Positions 1-10,189 are shown, counted from the stretch's first letter. The stretch: DNA of 64,000 nucleotides from Nitrosopumilaceae archaeon (GCA_965208905.1 OZ242365.1:704001-768000), one strand, 5' to 3'. Made by a program: numbers and translations. Notes: generated by a model from the letters alone, not told the origin.

Positions 1-1313
1 CCCTCCACGTCCAGGCGCCCCTCAACATGGGCGCTGCCAGTATTAGCTGGCAATGTTACATCACGTAACTTTAGTTGGCCATGCGTGGCCCCCGGGCCGA
101 GTTTCTGCAGCCCTGCATCCTCTATGTTTGAGCCCGCATTGCAGTCGGCATGACTCGTATGGCCACACCGTTTACACAAGAACTTTCTGTCATCCCGGTT
201 ATCCTTGTGTGTATAACCGCACGAGCAGCACCGTTGGCTTGTATACGCCGCTGCAACCCAAATTATCTCTCCAGCCAACTTGTACGCCAACAGTAATGCC
301 AACAGCCCCCAGCACTGCTCCAGGATGGCCTTGTTCAGCCCAGATTTCTGCGCAACATTTTTGCCGGGTTTTTCTTCCGTACCTTTGGCGGACTGTACCA
401 TGTTTTGTATGGGAAGTTTCTCCATGGCTGCATGCGTGGCGCTGTTAGACATAACGCGCGATATTTTATGCGCCGTGGTTTTTCGAATGTTTGCAGCTTT
501 GCGTTTGTTCTTGGCGGCACGTTTGGCGGCTTTGGCCCACCGTCGGGAGCCGGGCTTACGATTCGTATGGTTGGGTTTCTGCCTGCGCGAGGCTATCTTT
601 TGTGCCTTTGAGGCCGTCTTCTCGGCGTTGTTCATGCGACGTGCGACCTTTTCGGGTACCATTACTATATAGTCAGGTGTGGCCACATTACCAACATTCC
701 GGTCTATGCCAATAACAGTCTGTTCGGTCACGGTTGGCATCTCGTCTGGTACATCACAGGATATGGTAATTCTCCACCCGCCATCCGGTAGTTGAAATAG
801 CCGTGCGGTCTTGGAGCGGTAATTCAAGACGGGAAACTCCCGAGAGAGTTTAATCTCACCCATCTTGGCTATCTTGATTGTACGTGTATCGGTGAAGCGC
901 GCCTGACCAGTAGTGTTATCATGCGTTATTACACACGGGATGGAGATTCGCTCACCGTGTCGTTTAAAGTGCGGTTCACCAAACTCCGCCTTAGGTTTTA
1001 TACCAGCAGCCTTCAGCCTCTCTGTCTCCATATATTGGTCATAATGCCTACCCAAGTCGTATAATACTTGGCGCGTCACCCCGGATATGGACTGACTCAG
1101 CCAACGCGGACCCGAGTGATTGCGCAAGTCCGTATACCACGCGTTTATCCTACCACGTGTAGTGTTGACCCTCCCAGCTCGACGGTACTCCTCCTTGAAG
1201 GTTTCCAATAGTTTGTTATACACGTACCTGTCCATGCCGGCCTGTCTGGCCAACATATCCTTCTTGAACCCTTTACGGAATCTAACGCCGAATGTGTATG
1301 TGCGGAACACCAT
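1..1313 (-). CDS. tnpB: TnpB RNA-guided endonuclease (copy 1), 3' end runs off the window
   Basis: Manual translation from ATG 1313 (MVFRTYTFGVRFRKGFKK...), open to position 1. RuvC motifs IGIDRN, AME, HADCNA; Zn finger CCSC/CKRC. Absent from the ORF track because it has no stop in the window. Confidence 0.9.
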   Translation of the reverse strand, partial: MVFRTYTFGVRFRKGFKKDMLARQAGMDRYVYNKLLETFKEEYRRAGRVNTTRGRINAWYTDLRNHSGPRWLSQSISGVTRQVLYDLGRHYDQYMETERLKAAGIKPKAEFGEPHFKRHGERISIPCVITHDNTTGQARFTDTRTIKIAKMGEIKLSREFPVLNYRSKTARLFQLPDGGWRITISCDVPDEMPTVTEQTVIGIDRNVGNVATPDYIVMVPEKVARRMNNAEKTASKAQKIASRRQKPNHTNRKPGSRRWAKAAKRAAKNKRKAANIRKTTAHKISRVMSNSATHAAMEKLPIQNMVQSAKGTEEKPGKNVAQKSGLNKAILEQCWGLLALLLAYKLAGEIIWVAAAYTSQRCCSCGYTHKDNRDDRKFLCKRCGHTSHADCNAGSNIEDAGLQKLGPGATHGQLKLRDVTLPANTGSAHVEGRLDVE

Positions 1314-1367
1314 TAGTGTACAGTACCGTCCACATGTTTAAAAAGATAGTTGAGGTGTGATATATGG

Positions 1368-1390
1368 CACCCGTCCTTGCGGGAGGAACC
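1368..1390 (-). repeat. Candidate left-end motif of tnpB elements (GGTTCCTCCCGCAAGGACGGGTG)
   Basis: 77 nt upstream of the tnpB-1 ATG; 19/23 matches at 3178-3200 (+) and at 44202-44224 (+). Confidence 0.6.
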
Positions 1391-1392
1391 TA

Positions 1393-3135
1393 CTAGTCCA
1401 AGATTATTTGTCCGGCAGGCACAAATCCGTTCAAATCAGTAACCTTCAGCAATCCTGGTGTAACCGTATAGAGATAGTCCCCTATGTACAGGGAGCGGGC
1501 CCAATCCGTATCATCATGCTTCACTATGCCCCTCTTTACAAGTATATTGTTTTCAATATTGTATACATGAAAGGTAGTTACACCATCGTGTGTGACTGGT
1601 ATGGATATTATGCGTGTAGATATGAGCGCCGCCTTATGATCCCACTGAATCTCCGAGTAGGCGTCACGATCATCTATAACCTCAAAGTCTGACAGGGTAG
1701 GATTGGTAGGATCAGATACATCAAAGACGGTTACTTTTATGCCGTCGATTACAGGCCCCCACTGTGCCTCTATGGTCTCGCGCCCCACTCCTACTACGGT
1801 ATCCTCATCATAGGGATGCAGATACTCGGAGAATCCCGGTAGTTTCAACTCGCCAACAACCATGGGACTCTCTGAAAAGTCGATTACAAAGAACGGATCC
1901 ACCTGACGGAAGGTAACCAGATACAGCGTATCACCATAAAACCTTGCAGAGTGCATCGTCTCCCCTGGTGCGATATCATACACGGCGCCCAGCATATCCA
2001 GATTGCTGTCCAATTTGAAAGCAGAGTTTACGCCAGACCAGGTGGTGGTTGCAATACGGAACGTGTTGTCCTTCTCGGCCATTGCAAACTGGTTTATTGG
2101 ATACCCCGGTACTGTACCTGCACCCTGATATGACAGGCCGGTTCCAGAGAGTCCTATCTTTACAACCTGAGTGTCGGTGGCACATATTGCCCCGCGAGTA
2201 GATTGGTCGGGAGGCCAGCTTGCACCGGACGAATAACCGGTCCCTGGCATAACAAGATACATGTTTGATTCAGAGACATATATCTCCATGTTAAATGGCG
2301 TAAGGAATGAAATTGCATCAAAACCAGACTCCAGACTGACCGCTGTTATCATGGTTCTGGTATCAACCATATAGAATGGGAAGTAATGCGTGTCGGGACT
2401 TTTTGCATCTGATCCATATTTTACAACAGGTATCCTATCTGGGGAGTCCTGAGTTATAACATAGATTGTGTTGTTTATGAGCCGGGCGTCTGTCATTGTT
2501 CCGGTTATTAATATACGATCAAGGATCTGCGGGTTTGTCCTATCAGATACATTCAATATTGTTATTTTTGTATCCCCACCCACATTGAACACAGCCAACA
2601 TGTCCTTATGCAAGAGAGCGGGCCCAGTTATCGGACTGTGCCCTACAACAGATATTCCATCAGGTGGATATGCCTGTATGACGTTCAGCTGACTACCAGA
2701 CAAGAATATGTCGGTGGCCGTGTTCTTTATGATGTCTGGCTCATCAACTTTGGCCTCCTGTATGTTGGTGGTAGAGTATAACGGGGAGGATGTACCTGCT
2801 GTAGACTCTGTCCTTGATGGCGCTATGGACAGCGTCACTGTATCCTGAATGACACCTTCCTGAAAGGACGTACCAAATGTAACTCTATTATTGTATGAGA
2901 GACATGCATGCGCGGGTACCTCGCCTGGCACTACTGTGGGCAGCGGTATGTCAGGTATGTAAAATCCAAACTGTATCATACTTTCGACATAATCCTCATC
3001 AACACATACCGAATTGCCCGTATCATGATGCATGAGCACCATATCTATGCAATAGTTTGCCTCAGCTGGCGGGATTGAGATGACAAGCAAGGCTACTACA
3101 GGCAACAATACGGCCAATGTCGTGCAATTAAACAT
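1393..3135 (-). CDS. Secreted beta-propeller domain protein (Beta_propel family)
   Basis: Signal peptide; motifs VDEPDIIK, LVTFRQVDPFFVID, GELKLPGFSEYLHPY. ATG 3135 preferred because a TATA-like box lies about 25 nt upstream. Confidence 0.8.
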   Translation of the reverse strand: MFNCTTLAVLLPVVALLVISIPPAEANYCIDMVLMHHDTGNSVCVDEDYVESMIQFGFYIPDIPLPTVVPGEVPAHACLSYNNRVTFGTSFQEGVIQDTVTLSIAPSRTESTAGTSSPLYSTTNIQEAKVDEPDIIKNTATDIFLSGSQLNVIQAYPPDGISVVGHSPITGPALLHKDMLAVFNVGGDTKITILNVSDRTNPQILDRILITGTMTDARLINNTIYVITQDSPDRIPVVKYGSDAKSPDTHYFPFYMVDTRTMITAVSLESGFDAISFLTPFNMEIYVSESNMYLVMPGTGYSSGASWPPDQSTRGAICATDTQVVKIGLSGTGLSYQGAGTVPGYPINQFAMAEKDNTFRIATTTWSGVNSAFKLDSNLDMLGAVYDIAPGETMHSARFYGDTLYLVTFRQVDPFFVIDFSESPMVVGELKLPGFSEYLHPYDEDTVVGVGRETIEAQWGPVIDGIKVTVFDVSDPTNPTLSDFEVIDDRDAYSEIQWDHKAALISTRIISIPVTHDGVTTFHVYNIENNILVKRGIVKHDDTDWARSLYIGDYLYTVTPGLLKVTDLNGFVPAGQIILD

Positions 3136-3176
3136 ACGTTTAGCGTATGCCAATCCTATTTAAGAGTGATTTGTGC

Positions 3177-3281
3177 GGATTTCTCCCGCAAGGGCAGGTG
3201 ATTATCTAGACGGTCCAGATCCAGACTGCAACACGGCCCAAATCGGACATGCGCGGGCAGTCAGGATGTGTTTTGGGTCGG
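3177..3281 (+). mobile_element. Candidate ~105-bp non-coding tnpB-element derivative (left-end motif plus structured RNA)
   Basis: Left-end motif copy at 3178-3200, stems GACTGC/GCAGTC and CGGCCCAAA/TTTGGGTCG, bounded by GG on both sides. Confidence 0.4.
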
Positions 3282-3378
3282 TTTTTTGGCAAAGTCCCAC
3301 CCGAATAGAGTACTTCAAAAAGCAAAACAGATACCTAAATCGTCAAAAATTATATACGAATTGCCAATATTACACATA

Positions 3379-3846
3379 TTGTCACGCATAGATGATATAG
3401 ACACATTAATTTTGTCTGAATTAGCCAACGATTCTTCAATATCCATCCCTAAACTATCATCAAAGATAAACGTCAATACATCTGTGGTGTACTCTCGTAT
3501 ACGCAGATTACAGTCTCGAGGACTCATACGCCGTTTTACCATAGAGGTGAACAATGCTGCCTTAGGATATACAGTAAAGGTACTGGCAGGTATAAAGATG
3601 GATACAAAGAAACGTAATCATATAATGCAAGAGTTATTCAACATTGATGGCGTCTTTGAGGTGGCTGAAGTGACTGGCCGCTTTGACATACTAGTTACAG
3701 CATACGCCAAGTCTCTGGAGTCGATGCATCACATGGTCTCTGAAAAGATAGGCCGTATAGATGGCGTACTCTCTTCAGAGTCATTTATAGAGATGAAGTC
3801 ACGTCAAAAGGCAATGCCATATATGGCCTCGGGTGGTGCTACTTGA
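3379..3846 (+). CDS. Lrp/AsnC family transcriptional regulator
   Basis: IDDIDTLILSEL, HTH, EVTGRFDI ligand domain; TTG 3379 follows TTATATA, so the longer ORF from 3268 is likely over-extended. Confidence 0.9.
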   Translation: MSRIDDIDTLILSELANDSSISIPKLSSKINVNTSVVYSRIRRLQSRGLIRRFTIEVNNAALGYTVKVLAGIKMDTKKRNHIMQELFNIDGVFEVAEVTGRFDILVTAYAKSLESMHHMVSEKIGRIDGVLSSESFIEMKSRQKAMPYMASGGAT

Positions 3847-4763
3847 CGTTGCAGAAACAAAAGACCTCCTCTAGGCTTGCCGTATACTATGAGCTGACAA
3901 AACCAAAGATATGGTATCTTTTGGTGTTTACAGCCTTTGGAGGATTGGTGGTGGCATCCAACATACACGGTGTCGAGGTATCAATTTGGACCTGGCTGCT
4001 GGCCATATTTTCGGTGGCTGCCGGTTCTGCAGCGGCCAACACCTTGACCAACTACCATGATCGGGATATAGATAGTATAATGGAGCGCACAAAACTACGG
4101 CCTTTGCCATCTAAGAGGATATATCCTGCCGTCAAGGCGCGAAACTTTGGATACATACTGGGAGGCATCTCACTGTTGCTGGCATGGTGTATATCATATA
4201 CGACTAGTATGGAGCAGGGTATGTGGGCTACGGCGTTTATAGCATTTGGCCTGCTGAACAACATCTTGATATACTCATACGCGCTAAAGCGGCGTTCCCG
4301 ACTCAATATCATACTGGGAGGACTGTGCGGCGGCTCACCACCCTTGGTGGGCTGGGTTGCTGTCACTATGGCCGATTTATGGAGTATGGGACTTGTACTG
4401 GCGGGTCTGGTCTTTGTCTGGATTCCATTACACATATGGTCGCTGACCATGCACTTTAAAGACGACTACAACAAGGTCGGCGTTCCCATGCTCACGGCGG
4501 TCCAGTCTGAGAGTATGTCTGCCCGGGTGATTGCCGCCTCTACCATGGCAATGGTAGCATTTAGTCTGGTTCCACTGTTTCTGTCTGGCGTGTCTGGTGT
4601 AGTGTATGCTGCCACTGCCTTGGCATCGGGCGGCTTGATGCTTGCCTTATCGGGCTGGGTTGTAGTTCGACCATCTGAAAAGTCTGCTTGGACACTCTTC
4701 AAATTTTCAAGTCCCTACCTGGCTGTACTATTTATCGGCATAATGGTGGATACTGCACTATAG
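3843..4763 (+). CDS. cyoE: Protoheme IX farnesyltransferase
   Basis: UbiA-family membrane protein: LTKPKI, DRDIDSIMERTKLRPLP, DDYNKVGVPML. Confidence 0.95.
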   Translation: MTLQKQKTSSRLAVYYELTKPKIWYLLVFTAFGGLVVASNIHGVEVSIWTWLLAIFSVAAGSAAANTLTNYHDRDIDSIMERTKLRPLPSKRIYPAVKARNFGYILGGISLLLAWCISYTTSMEQGMWATAFIAFGLLNNILIYSYALKRRSRLNIILGGLCGGSPPLVGWVAVTMADLWSMGLVLAGLVFVWIPLHIWSLTMHFKDDYNKVGVPMLTAVQSESMSARVIAASTMAMVAFSLVPLFLSGVSGVVYAATALASGGLMLALSGWVVVRPSEKSAWTLFKFSSPYLAVLFIGIMVDTAL

Positions 4764-4854
4764 AGTTTGACATGCCCCCATTGATGTGTTTAAGCACGGG
4801 CACTCTTGATCATACATATTCCTTAATAACAGACTTAAACCACCAGGTGCTCTA

Positions 4855-7566
4855 GTGTATAATGTGGGTGACTGTACTAGAATGAACCAAACATATAGTA
4901 TGATATTTTGTCTGAGCGTTATCGTTGTGAGTATGATGTATGTGCATGCATACGCTGAGATAGCCACTGTATCCCAGATAACTCAGGTGGTACTGAATAC
5001 TCAACTATACGTCGATAATGAGAGGTTTGATGCGTACCCCATATATTATCCAGATAATATACCTGATGAGCCTATAACTGGAGCGCTGATACACTACACC
5101 GACTCATCTGTTGATACATTTAACCAAATAGTTCTAGTGGAGATAAATGCAACCCTCCCCATACATGATGTCCTAAAAGATCTACGGGGCGCCAGTGCAG
5201 TTATAATGTATGGCATACATGACTGGACAATATCTGAGGATGCCCTCACAGAGACCCCTGCCATACGTGTGTCTGGTGACGATGGCTCCTCTTTAGTATC
5301 TCTGGCTGGCTCTGATGCCTTTGTGCTGTATGGACCTGGTATATATGATGCTCTGGATAGGGCTCGGGACGTTGAGACCATTATGGTATCTGAGAGGGTA
5401 TTTGCTATTGTAACTAGTGGGGACGGTGCACAAATAATAGATATCACTGATCCCACTTGGCCGGTACCCGCCCAAACCATAGAACCCATAGATATAGAAG
5501 AGTATCTGGACCTAACGACAGTTACAGTATCTGATACGCCCTACGCTATAATAGGTGGTAAACTAGGCATAGAGATATTCAATATTACAAATCCATACAA
5601 CCCAACACTGGCAAGTGTTATGCTGGACGGCAGTAATTTTGATACACTGCGAGGAGTACAAGATATAGAGACATTTACTCTAGCAGGAGGTACATACGCA
5701 ATAGCGACCAGCTATGATGATGATGGAATACAGCTAATAGATATCACAAATCCGTACAGACCATCGCCCACCAGCAGTGCGACAGATGGTATAGATGGCT
5801 TTGAGGCTCTAGGTGGCGCAAAGGGAGTTGATATAACAACAATATCTGACAGACTATACGCTATTGTGGCCGGGTATAGGGATGATGCCATACAACTTGT
5901 AGATATAATCAACCCTTTCCGTCCACTACCAATTGGAACATATCCCAACTCTACACAGACAGACCTCATGAGTGGGGCAACTGATGTCGAGACCGTAGAG
6001 ACCAATGAGGGCATATTGGCTATCGTAACTGGTCACAACGATGACTCTATTCAAATTGTAAACATAACAACCCCTACAATGCCACTAGATGAGGTTACAG
6101 TTGTGGATGGTACCGGCCGTTACACCGGTTTGGCTGGGGCTACAGAGGTATCCCTAATTGAAATATCCGGAACCACACATGCTGTAATAACCGGAACTGA
6201 TGATGATGCCGTACAGATAATAAGTATTGACAGTCGGGCAAACATCCGTCATGTCAGCAATACGCTGGATGATGAGGACTATGACTTTAAGTTAGATAGG
6301 GCGTTAGGCGTTGATACTGTAACCATTGATGGTACACCATACGCAATAGTTGCCAACCATAACTCTGATGGCATAGAGATAATAGATTTGAGTAGGCCTG
6401 CCTCCCCGGCTTTGGTCAGTGGTGCCTTTGATGTTGATGACACTGAATTGGTAGTGGAAGGCTCTTGGGGCTTGGATGTATTTACAATATCCGACAAGAC
6501 ATATGGTATAGTTGCCAACTATCATGATGATGCTGTACAGATAATTGACATAACAAACCCTCGTGTACCCCAACCTGTAGTTAGCCTACTGGAGGATGTA
6601 GACACTAATGATCTGGATGGCGCCACCGATGTGGAAGTCTTTGTTGTAAATGACAGAACATACGCTGCAGTTGCCAGTTATGAGGATGATGCTATACAAC
6701 TATTAGACATAACAGACCCTGCATCACCTGAGATATTAGAGCCTGCAATTGATGGAGAGGATGGCTTTACGGCGCTGGATGGCGCCCTTGATATTGATGT
6801 ACTGTCTCTGGGAGGTCGAATCTACGCGATGGTCGCCAGCTATGAAGAGGATGCAATCCAGATACTCGACTTGACCAATCCCAACTTTCCACTTCCATTA
6901 AGTGTAGTACAGCGGGATGTGGACTATGTTCGGGATGATGACTTTGGTAGGGAGGAGACTGAGACTGCAATAGGTCTGGATGGACCTAGTGGTATTGACA
7001 TGATGGTTGTAAATGGTCGTATATATGGTGTAATAGCAAGCCAGAATGATGATATCGTTCTAGTACTGGACATCAACAACCCTACCATACCCTGGCCTGC
7101 CAGTTTCATGTATGATGGTAATAGAGGCTTTAATACTCTGGATGGGGCCTCAGATGTGGAGATTGTAAATATTGGCGGTGTACCTTATGGTGTTGTAACT
7201 GCCAAGTGGGATCGTGGAGTACAGATAATTGATCTATCTGATCCGGAGTCGCCCGCCCCCGTGTCTGCCATATCTGATAACACTGATGGATTTGAGGCTC
7301 TAGCTGGCGCCAACAAAGTAGAGATAGTACCCTCTCCCATCGGTACACTTGCTATTGTGTCCAGCATACTTGATGATGCAGTTCAAGTCATTGATGTGTC
7401 GAATCCTGAAAATCCACTACCGGTACAACATGCTTTTGATCGTATAGACGGCTTTGACTCTCTGAAGGGTGCTGATGATATTGCGGCATTTTTAATTGAT
7501 GGTAATCTGTACATAATGGTGGCCGGTGTTGAAGACCGCGCCATACAAATCATGACTGTATCTTGA
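4855..7566 (+). CDS. Secreted LVIVD-repeat (beta-propeller) protein with N-terminal PA-like domain
   Basis: Signal peptide; many ~50-aa repeats of YAIVA...DDAIQxxDITNP; PA-like IVLV...GASAVIMY...PAIRVS...G. Start may be 4882. Confidence 0.75.
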   Translation: MYNVGDCTRMNQTYSMIFCLSVIVVSMMYVHAYAEIATVSQITQVVLNTQLYVDNERFDAYPIYYPDNIPDEPITGALIHYTDSSVDTFNQIVLVEINATLPIHDVLKDLRGASAVIMYGIHDWTISEDALTETPAIRVSGDDGSSLVSLAGSDAFVLYGPGIYDALDRARDVETIMVSERVFAIVTSGDGAQIIDITDPTWPVPAQTIEPIDIEEYLDLTTVTVSDTPYAIIGGKLGIEIFNITNPYNPTLASVMLDGSNFDTLRGVQDIETFTLAGGTYAIATSYDDDGIQLIDITNPYRPSPTSSATDGIDGFEALGGAKGVDITTISDRLYAIVAGYRDDAIQLVDIINPFRPLPIGTYPNSTQTDLMSGATDVETVETNEGILAIVTGHNDDSIQIVNITTPTMPLDEVTVVDGTGRYTGLAGATEVSLIEISGTTHAVITGTDDDAVQIISIDSRANIRHVSNTLDDEDYDFKLDRALGVDTVTIDGTPYAIVANHNSDGIEIIDLSRPASPALVSGAFDVDDTELVVEGSWGLDVFTISDKTYGIVANYHDDAVQIIDITNPRVPQPVVSLLEDVDTNDLDGATDVEVFVVNDRTYAAVASYEDDAIQLLDITDPASPEILEPAIDGEDGFTALDGALDIDVLSLGGRIYAMVASYEEDAIQILDLTNPNFPLPLSVVQRDVDYVRDDDFGREETETAIGLDGPSGIDMMVVNGRIYGVIASQNDDIVLVLDINNPTIPWPASFMYDGNRGFNTLDGASDVEIVNIGGVPYGVVTAKWDRGVQIIDLSDPESPAPVSAISDNTDGFEALAGANKVEIVPSPIGTLAIVSSILDDAVQVIDVSNPENPLPVQHAFDRIDGFDSLKGADDIAAFLIDGNLYIMVAGVEDRAIQIMTVS

Positions 7567-7653
7567 ATGAACGACAGTCTCTACACCAGTAGGCATTGCG
7601 GTACTCTACAGATGGTGTGTATCTGCGACATGGTTGTGCAATTAATACCGCCG

Positions 7654-7678
7654 TAGGCAGCACCGCCTGCCTATTTTT
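7654..7678 (+). terminator. Hairpin plus T-tract between convergent genes
   Basis: TAGGCAG-caccgc-CTGCCTA-TTTTT. Confidence 0.45.
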
Positions 7679-7855
7679 GGAGACTTATTGAATAATTATC
7701 GAGTTCGTTTAAACTTTCATGAATGTCGTGGGCAACCCACTCGAAGTGGGCAAGAGTAGAATTAAACGGGGCACATGTGTGATGGGATGTCATCCGGACT
7801 TTTAGATTTCAAGGCCCTGACTACCGGATCTGTTGGTAATACGGCAAACGACGCA

Positions 7856-8608
7856 TTACAACCTTGCCATCTCCGTAATTACCCGTGAAATCTCATCTTT
7901 GTCTGTGCCCAGCACCCGCGAAACCAGATTATAATCATGATCAGTGAATCTGGAAACCGTTGAGATGATCTTTGCAGAACCAGCCATCCTATGAACACTC
8001 TGTTTTATATCCGAAAATTCAACATCCGAATACCACACAAGTGAATAGATGTCGGCGATGTCCTTGATCCTCTTGTTCTCCTTGGACCTACCCACGACAG
8101 AATTTATCTTCATGGAAGTTAGTACATCTGGATATGGTATCATCGTCTCCAGCCCAAAATATGCTGAAATGGTAAATAGGTTATCCGCAAAAACATGTGT
8201 AAGCAGTGGCTCGTCTATTGGATCTAGTCCAAAGAGCACTTTGATTTTAGGATGGATTTTGTCAACTATTGGGTCTACGAACAGGTCTAACATTTCATAT
8301 TTGGGGTGCGTTCTAAATTCATCTTCTCCCAACAACCGCCCGGTCCCAACATCATAATGTTGGACAAAACGCGATCCTACTCCGTAATACCCTATTTTCT
8401 CTAAGATTTCAATCGACTTGGCAAACGCAGACTCCTGCAACTGCCTATCAGACCATGTTTCATCCACATGAAAGCCGAGATCAATATCGCGTGAACCGAT
8501 GTAATCCCGGCCCTGCTCATCGCTAAAGTTTTTGTTTACCGTGGCGTACACTGCCCACCCGCCCAGCAGACATACGGGTTCCTTGACATGTGAAACGACG
8601 ATAGACAA
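7856..8608 (-). CDS. Nucleotidyltransferase, AbiEii-like type IV toxin
   Basis: LLGGWAV...GSRDIDL NTase motif; C-terminal K...KRIKDIADIY. Start uncertain. Confidence 0.7.
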   Translation of the reverse strand: MSIVVSHVKEPVCLLGGWAVYATVNKNFSDEQGRDYIGSRDIDLGFHVDETWSDRQLQESAFAKSIEILEKIGYYGVGSRFVQHYDVGTGRLLGEDEFRTHPKYEMLDLFVDPIVDKIHPKIKVLFGLDPIDEPLLTHVFADNLFTISAYFGLETMIPYPDVLTSMKINSVVGRSKENKRIKDIADIYSLVWYSDVEFSDIKQSVHRMAGSAKIISTVSRFTDHDYNLVSRVLGTDKDEISRVITEMARL

Positions 8609-8630
8609 GTTTGATTTTGAGATGTCTATT

Positions 8631-9272
8631 TCATCTTTGGTGTACGTATCGACCCTCCTCCCTTTCCATCAACATCTCTGCTGCCTCAATACACGGCCCA
8701 CCATCCATCAAGAGATCGACAACCAGCTGTGGTATGGATACTGTCTTTAGTCCGTTATACTCGACTGAATTGTAAAAAACGTACTCATCCCCGATTAAAA
8801 CCCTAGTGTTTCCTTTACCAACAAGTCCATTCTGCGACAGTATCCCATGCCATTTTGCTTGGTCATTGACATGGATGTAAAAGTCCGTTCGGGATGGAAA
8901 AAGGTATTGCTGTACCAAATTTTCAGCGACATACGTGGTAAGCGCGTATTCCATCCCTGCAGATTTGAGAAGATCAAGCGGTTTTTTAATCATATATTCT
9001 CTTTTCTCGGGAACAACTCGAGAGTCCCTCCAAAGCAAGACGAGATCCCTAAAATTTACTACCCTGGTCTGTTCTACCAAACCTTTGTTCTCTAGGTCCC
9101 CGAGACAATCATGAACCCAAGAATATGCCACTCCTGTCGCTTTTGCCACCTGATATTTTGTATTGTCACCGCTAGGATTGTTCAGCAACGTTCGGAATAT
9201 CCTCTCTCTCTTGTGGCCCCTCTTTCTTTTATGCGTCTGACTATATCGGTATGCTTTAAATAGTTTATTCAT
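8631..9272 (-). CDS. Winged-helix regulator, AbiEi-like antitoxin
   Basis: N-terminal HTH (YQVAKATGVAYSWVH...LENKGLV); C-terminal VSIPQLVVDLL; directly upstream of the NTase. Confidence 0.7.
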   Translation of the reverse strand: MNKLFKAYRYSQTHKRKRGHKRERIFRTLLNNPSGDNTKYQVAKATGVAYSWVHDCLGDLENKGLVEQTRVVNFRDLVLLWRDSRVVPEKREYMIKKPLDLLKSAGMEYALTTYVAENLVQQYLFPSRTDFYIHVNDQAKWHGILSQNGLVGKGNTRVLIGDEYVFYNSVEYNGLKTVSIPQLVVDLLMDGGPCIEAAEMLMEREEGRYVHQR

Positions 9273-9289
9273 TACCGATATATCGGTAA
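9272..9289. promoter_or_regulatory. Perfect 18-bp palindrome, likely autoregulatory operator
   Basis: TTACCGATATATCGGTAA between a TATA-like box (~9297-9305, minus) and the antitoxin ATG; extra half-sites at 9242-9251 and 9311-9317. Confidence 0.7.
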
Positions 9290-9473
9290 CTTGTCTAATA
9301 TTTAATCTTGACCGATACAGGCTTGGTTGTCTTTGAGACGGTCTTTTGTTTTGCCATGTCTTCTATTACCAATTGGTAATATAAGGATGATCATTAAAAT
9401 ACGATCATCGCGGGCTGCAGCACTACGCGCAGGCCGGCAGTGGCGTTATAAACATCGCTTTACAATAACATAC

Positions 9474-9647
9474 ATGACCAAATGGGCGGCAAACGCCAAG
9501 GAATTCAGGGTGTCTATAACGCACAACGTAAAGAGGTGCACCAGCTACAACTACATTCCAAAGCCGATTCTTGCCAAACTTGGCAATCCAAAAGGATTGA
9601 AGTTTGTCATACAAGACGACAAGATACTAGTCACCGGTTCGGACTAG
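9474..9647 (+). CDS. Small AbrB/MazE-like DNA-binding protein
   Basis: 57 aa MTKWAANAKEFRVSI...IPKPILAKLG...LKFVIQDDKILV; TTATAAA about 25 nt upstream. Confidence 0.6.
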   Translation: MTKWAANAKEFRVSITHNVKRCTSYNYIPKPILAKLGNPKGLKFVIQDDKILVTGSD

Positions 9648-9822
9648 ACCAGACTGCTCAAAAATACACCAGAACACCATCAACCGAATTTGCAAGAGAA
9701 CCGATATTGGTTTTGAATTAGAACACAGTTCCAAATTTTGATACGGATGGTGTAGCGAAAGTACATGTGGTTTAGCTGAAAATAACATAAATTATATATA
9801 CAATATTTTGTATCATATATAT

Positions 9823-10189
9823 ATGGTGAAAGCAGATGCGCTAGCTCAGAAGACGTATGATGCTGCCAAACTCGCAGATTCAATGGGGGCTTCTGATGTT
9901 GCTGAGACTATGAGGGCCGCAGGTGATGAGGTGTTGGAGTTGGCCAGACTTGCCAGAGAAGTCGGAGAAGATATCCAAGATACTATCTCGACTGGGGCAT
10001 GTAGTGAAAACACTTGACCGCGATACTAACTCTGTGATTGAAAACTTTGAAAAGACATCTAAACATTATATAGAATATGACCGGTACATGAATGCGTCAA
10101 GGGAAGGAAAGCAGTTTGTCGAAAATGACATTACGATGATTCGACTCCTTCAGGATGATTTGCAAAAGATTAGGGAAGATGAAGATTAA
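9823..10189 (+). pseudogene. Probable frameshifted small helical protein
   Basis: Two overlapping ORFs join near 9990 into one acidic helical sequence. Confidence 0.35.

Noticed and set aside
53-1341. Plus-strand ORFs at 53, 280, 405, 491 and 1120
   Set aside because: Antisense shadows of tnpB copy 1.
7700-7835. Hairpins CCCAC-tcgaa-GTGGG and TCCGG...CCGGA as an ncRNA
   Set aside because: No second copy or family resemblance in the window; cannot be told from chance.
9686-9702. Motif ending AGAGAACC, loosely repeated at 44630-44646, as a solo IS end
   Set aside because: Only about 12/17 identity, with no paired end or TSD.
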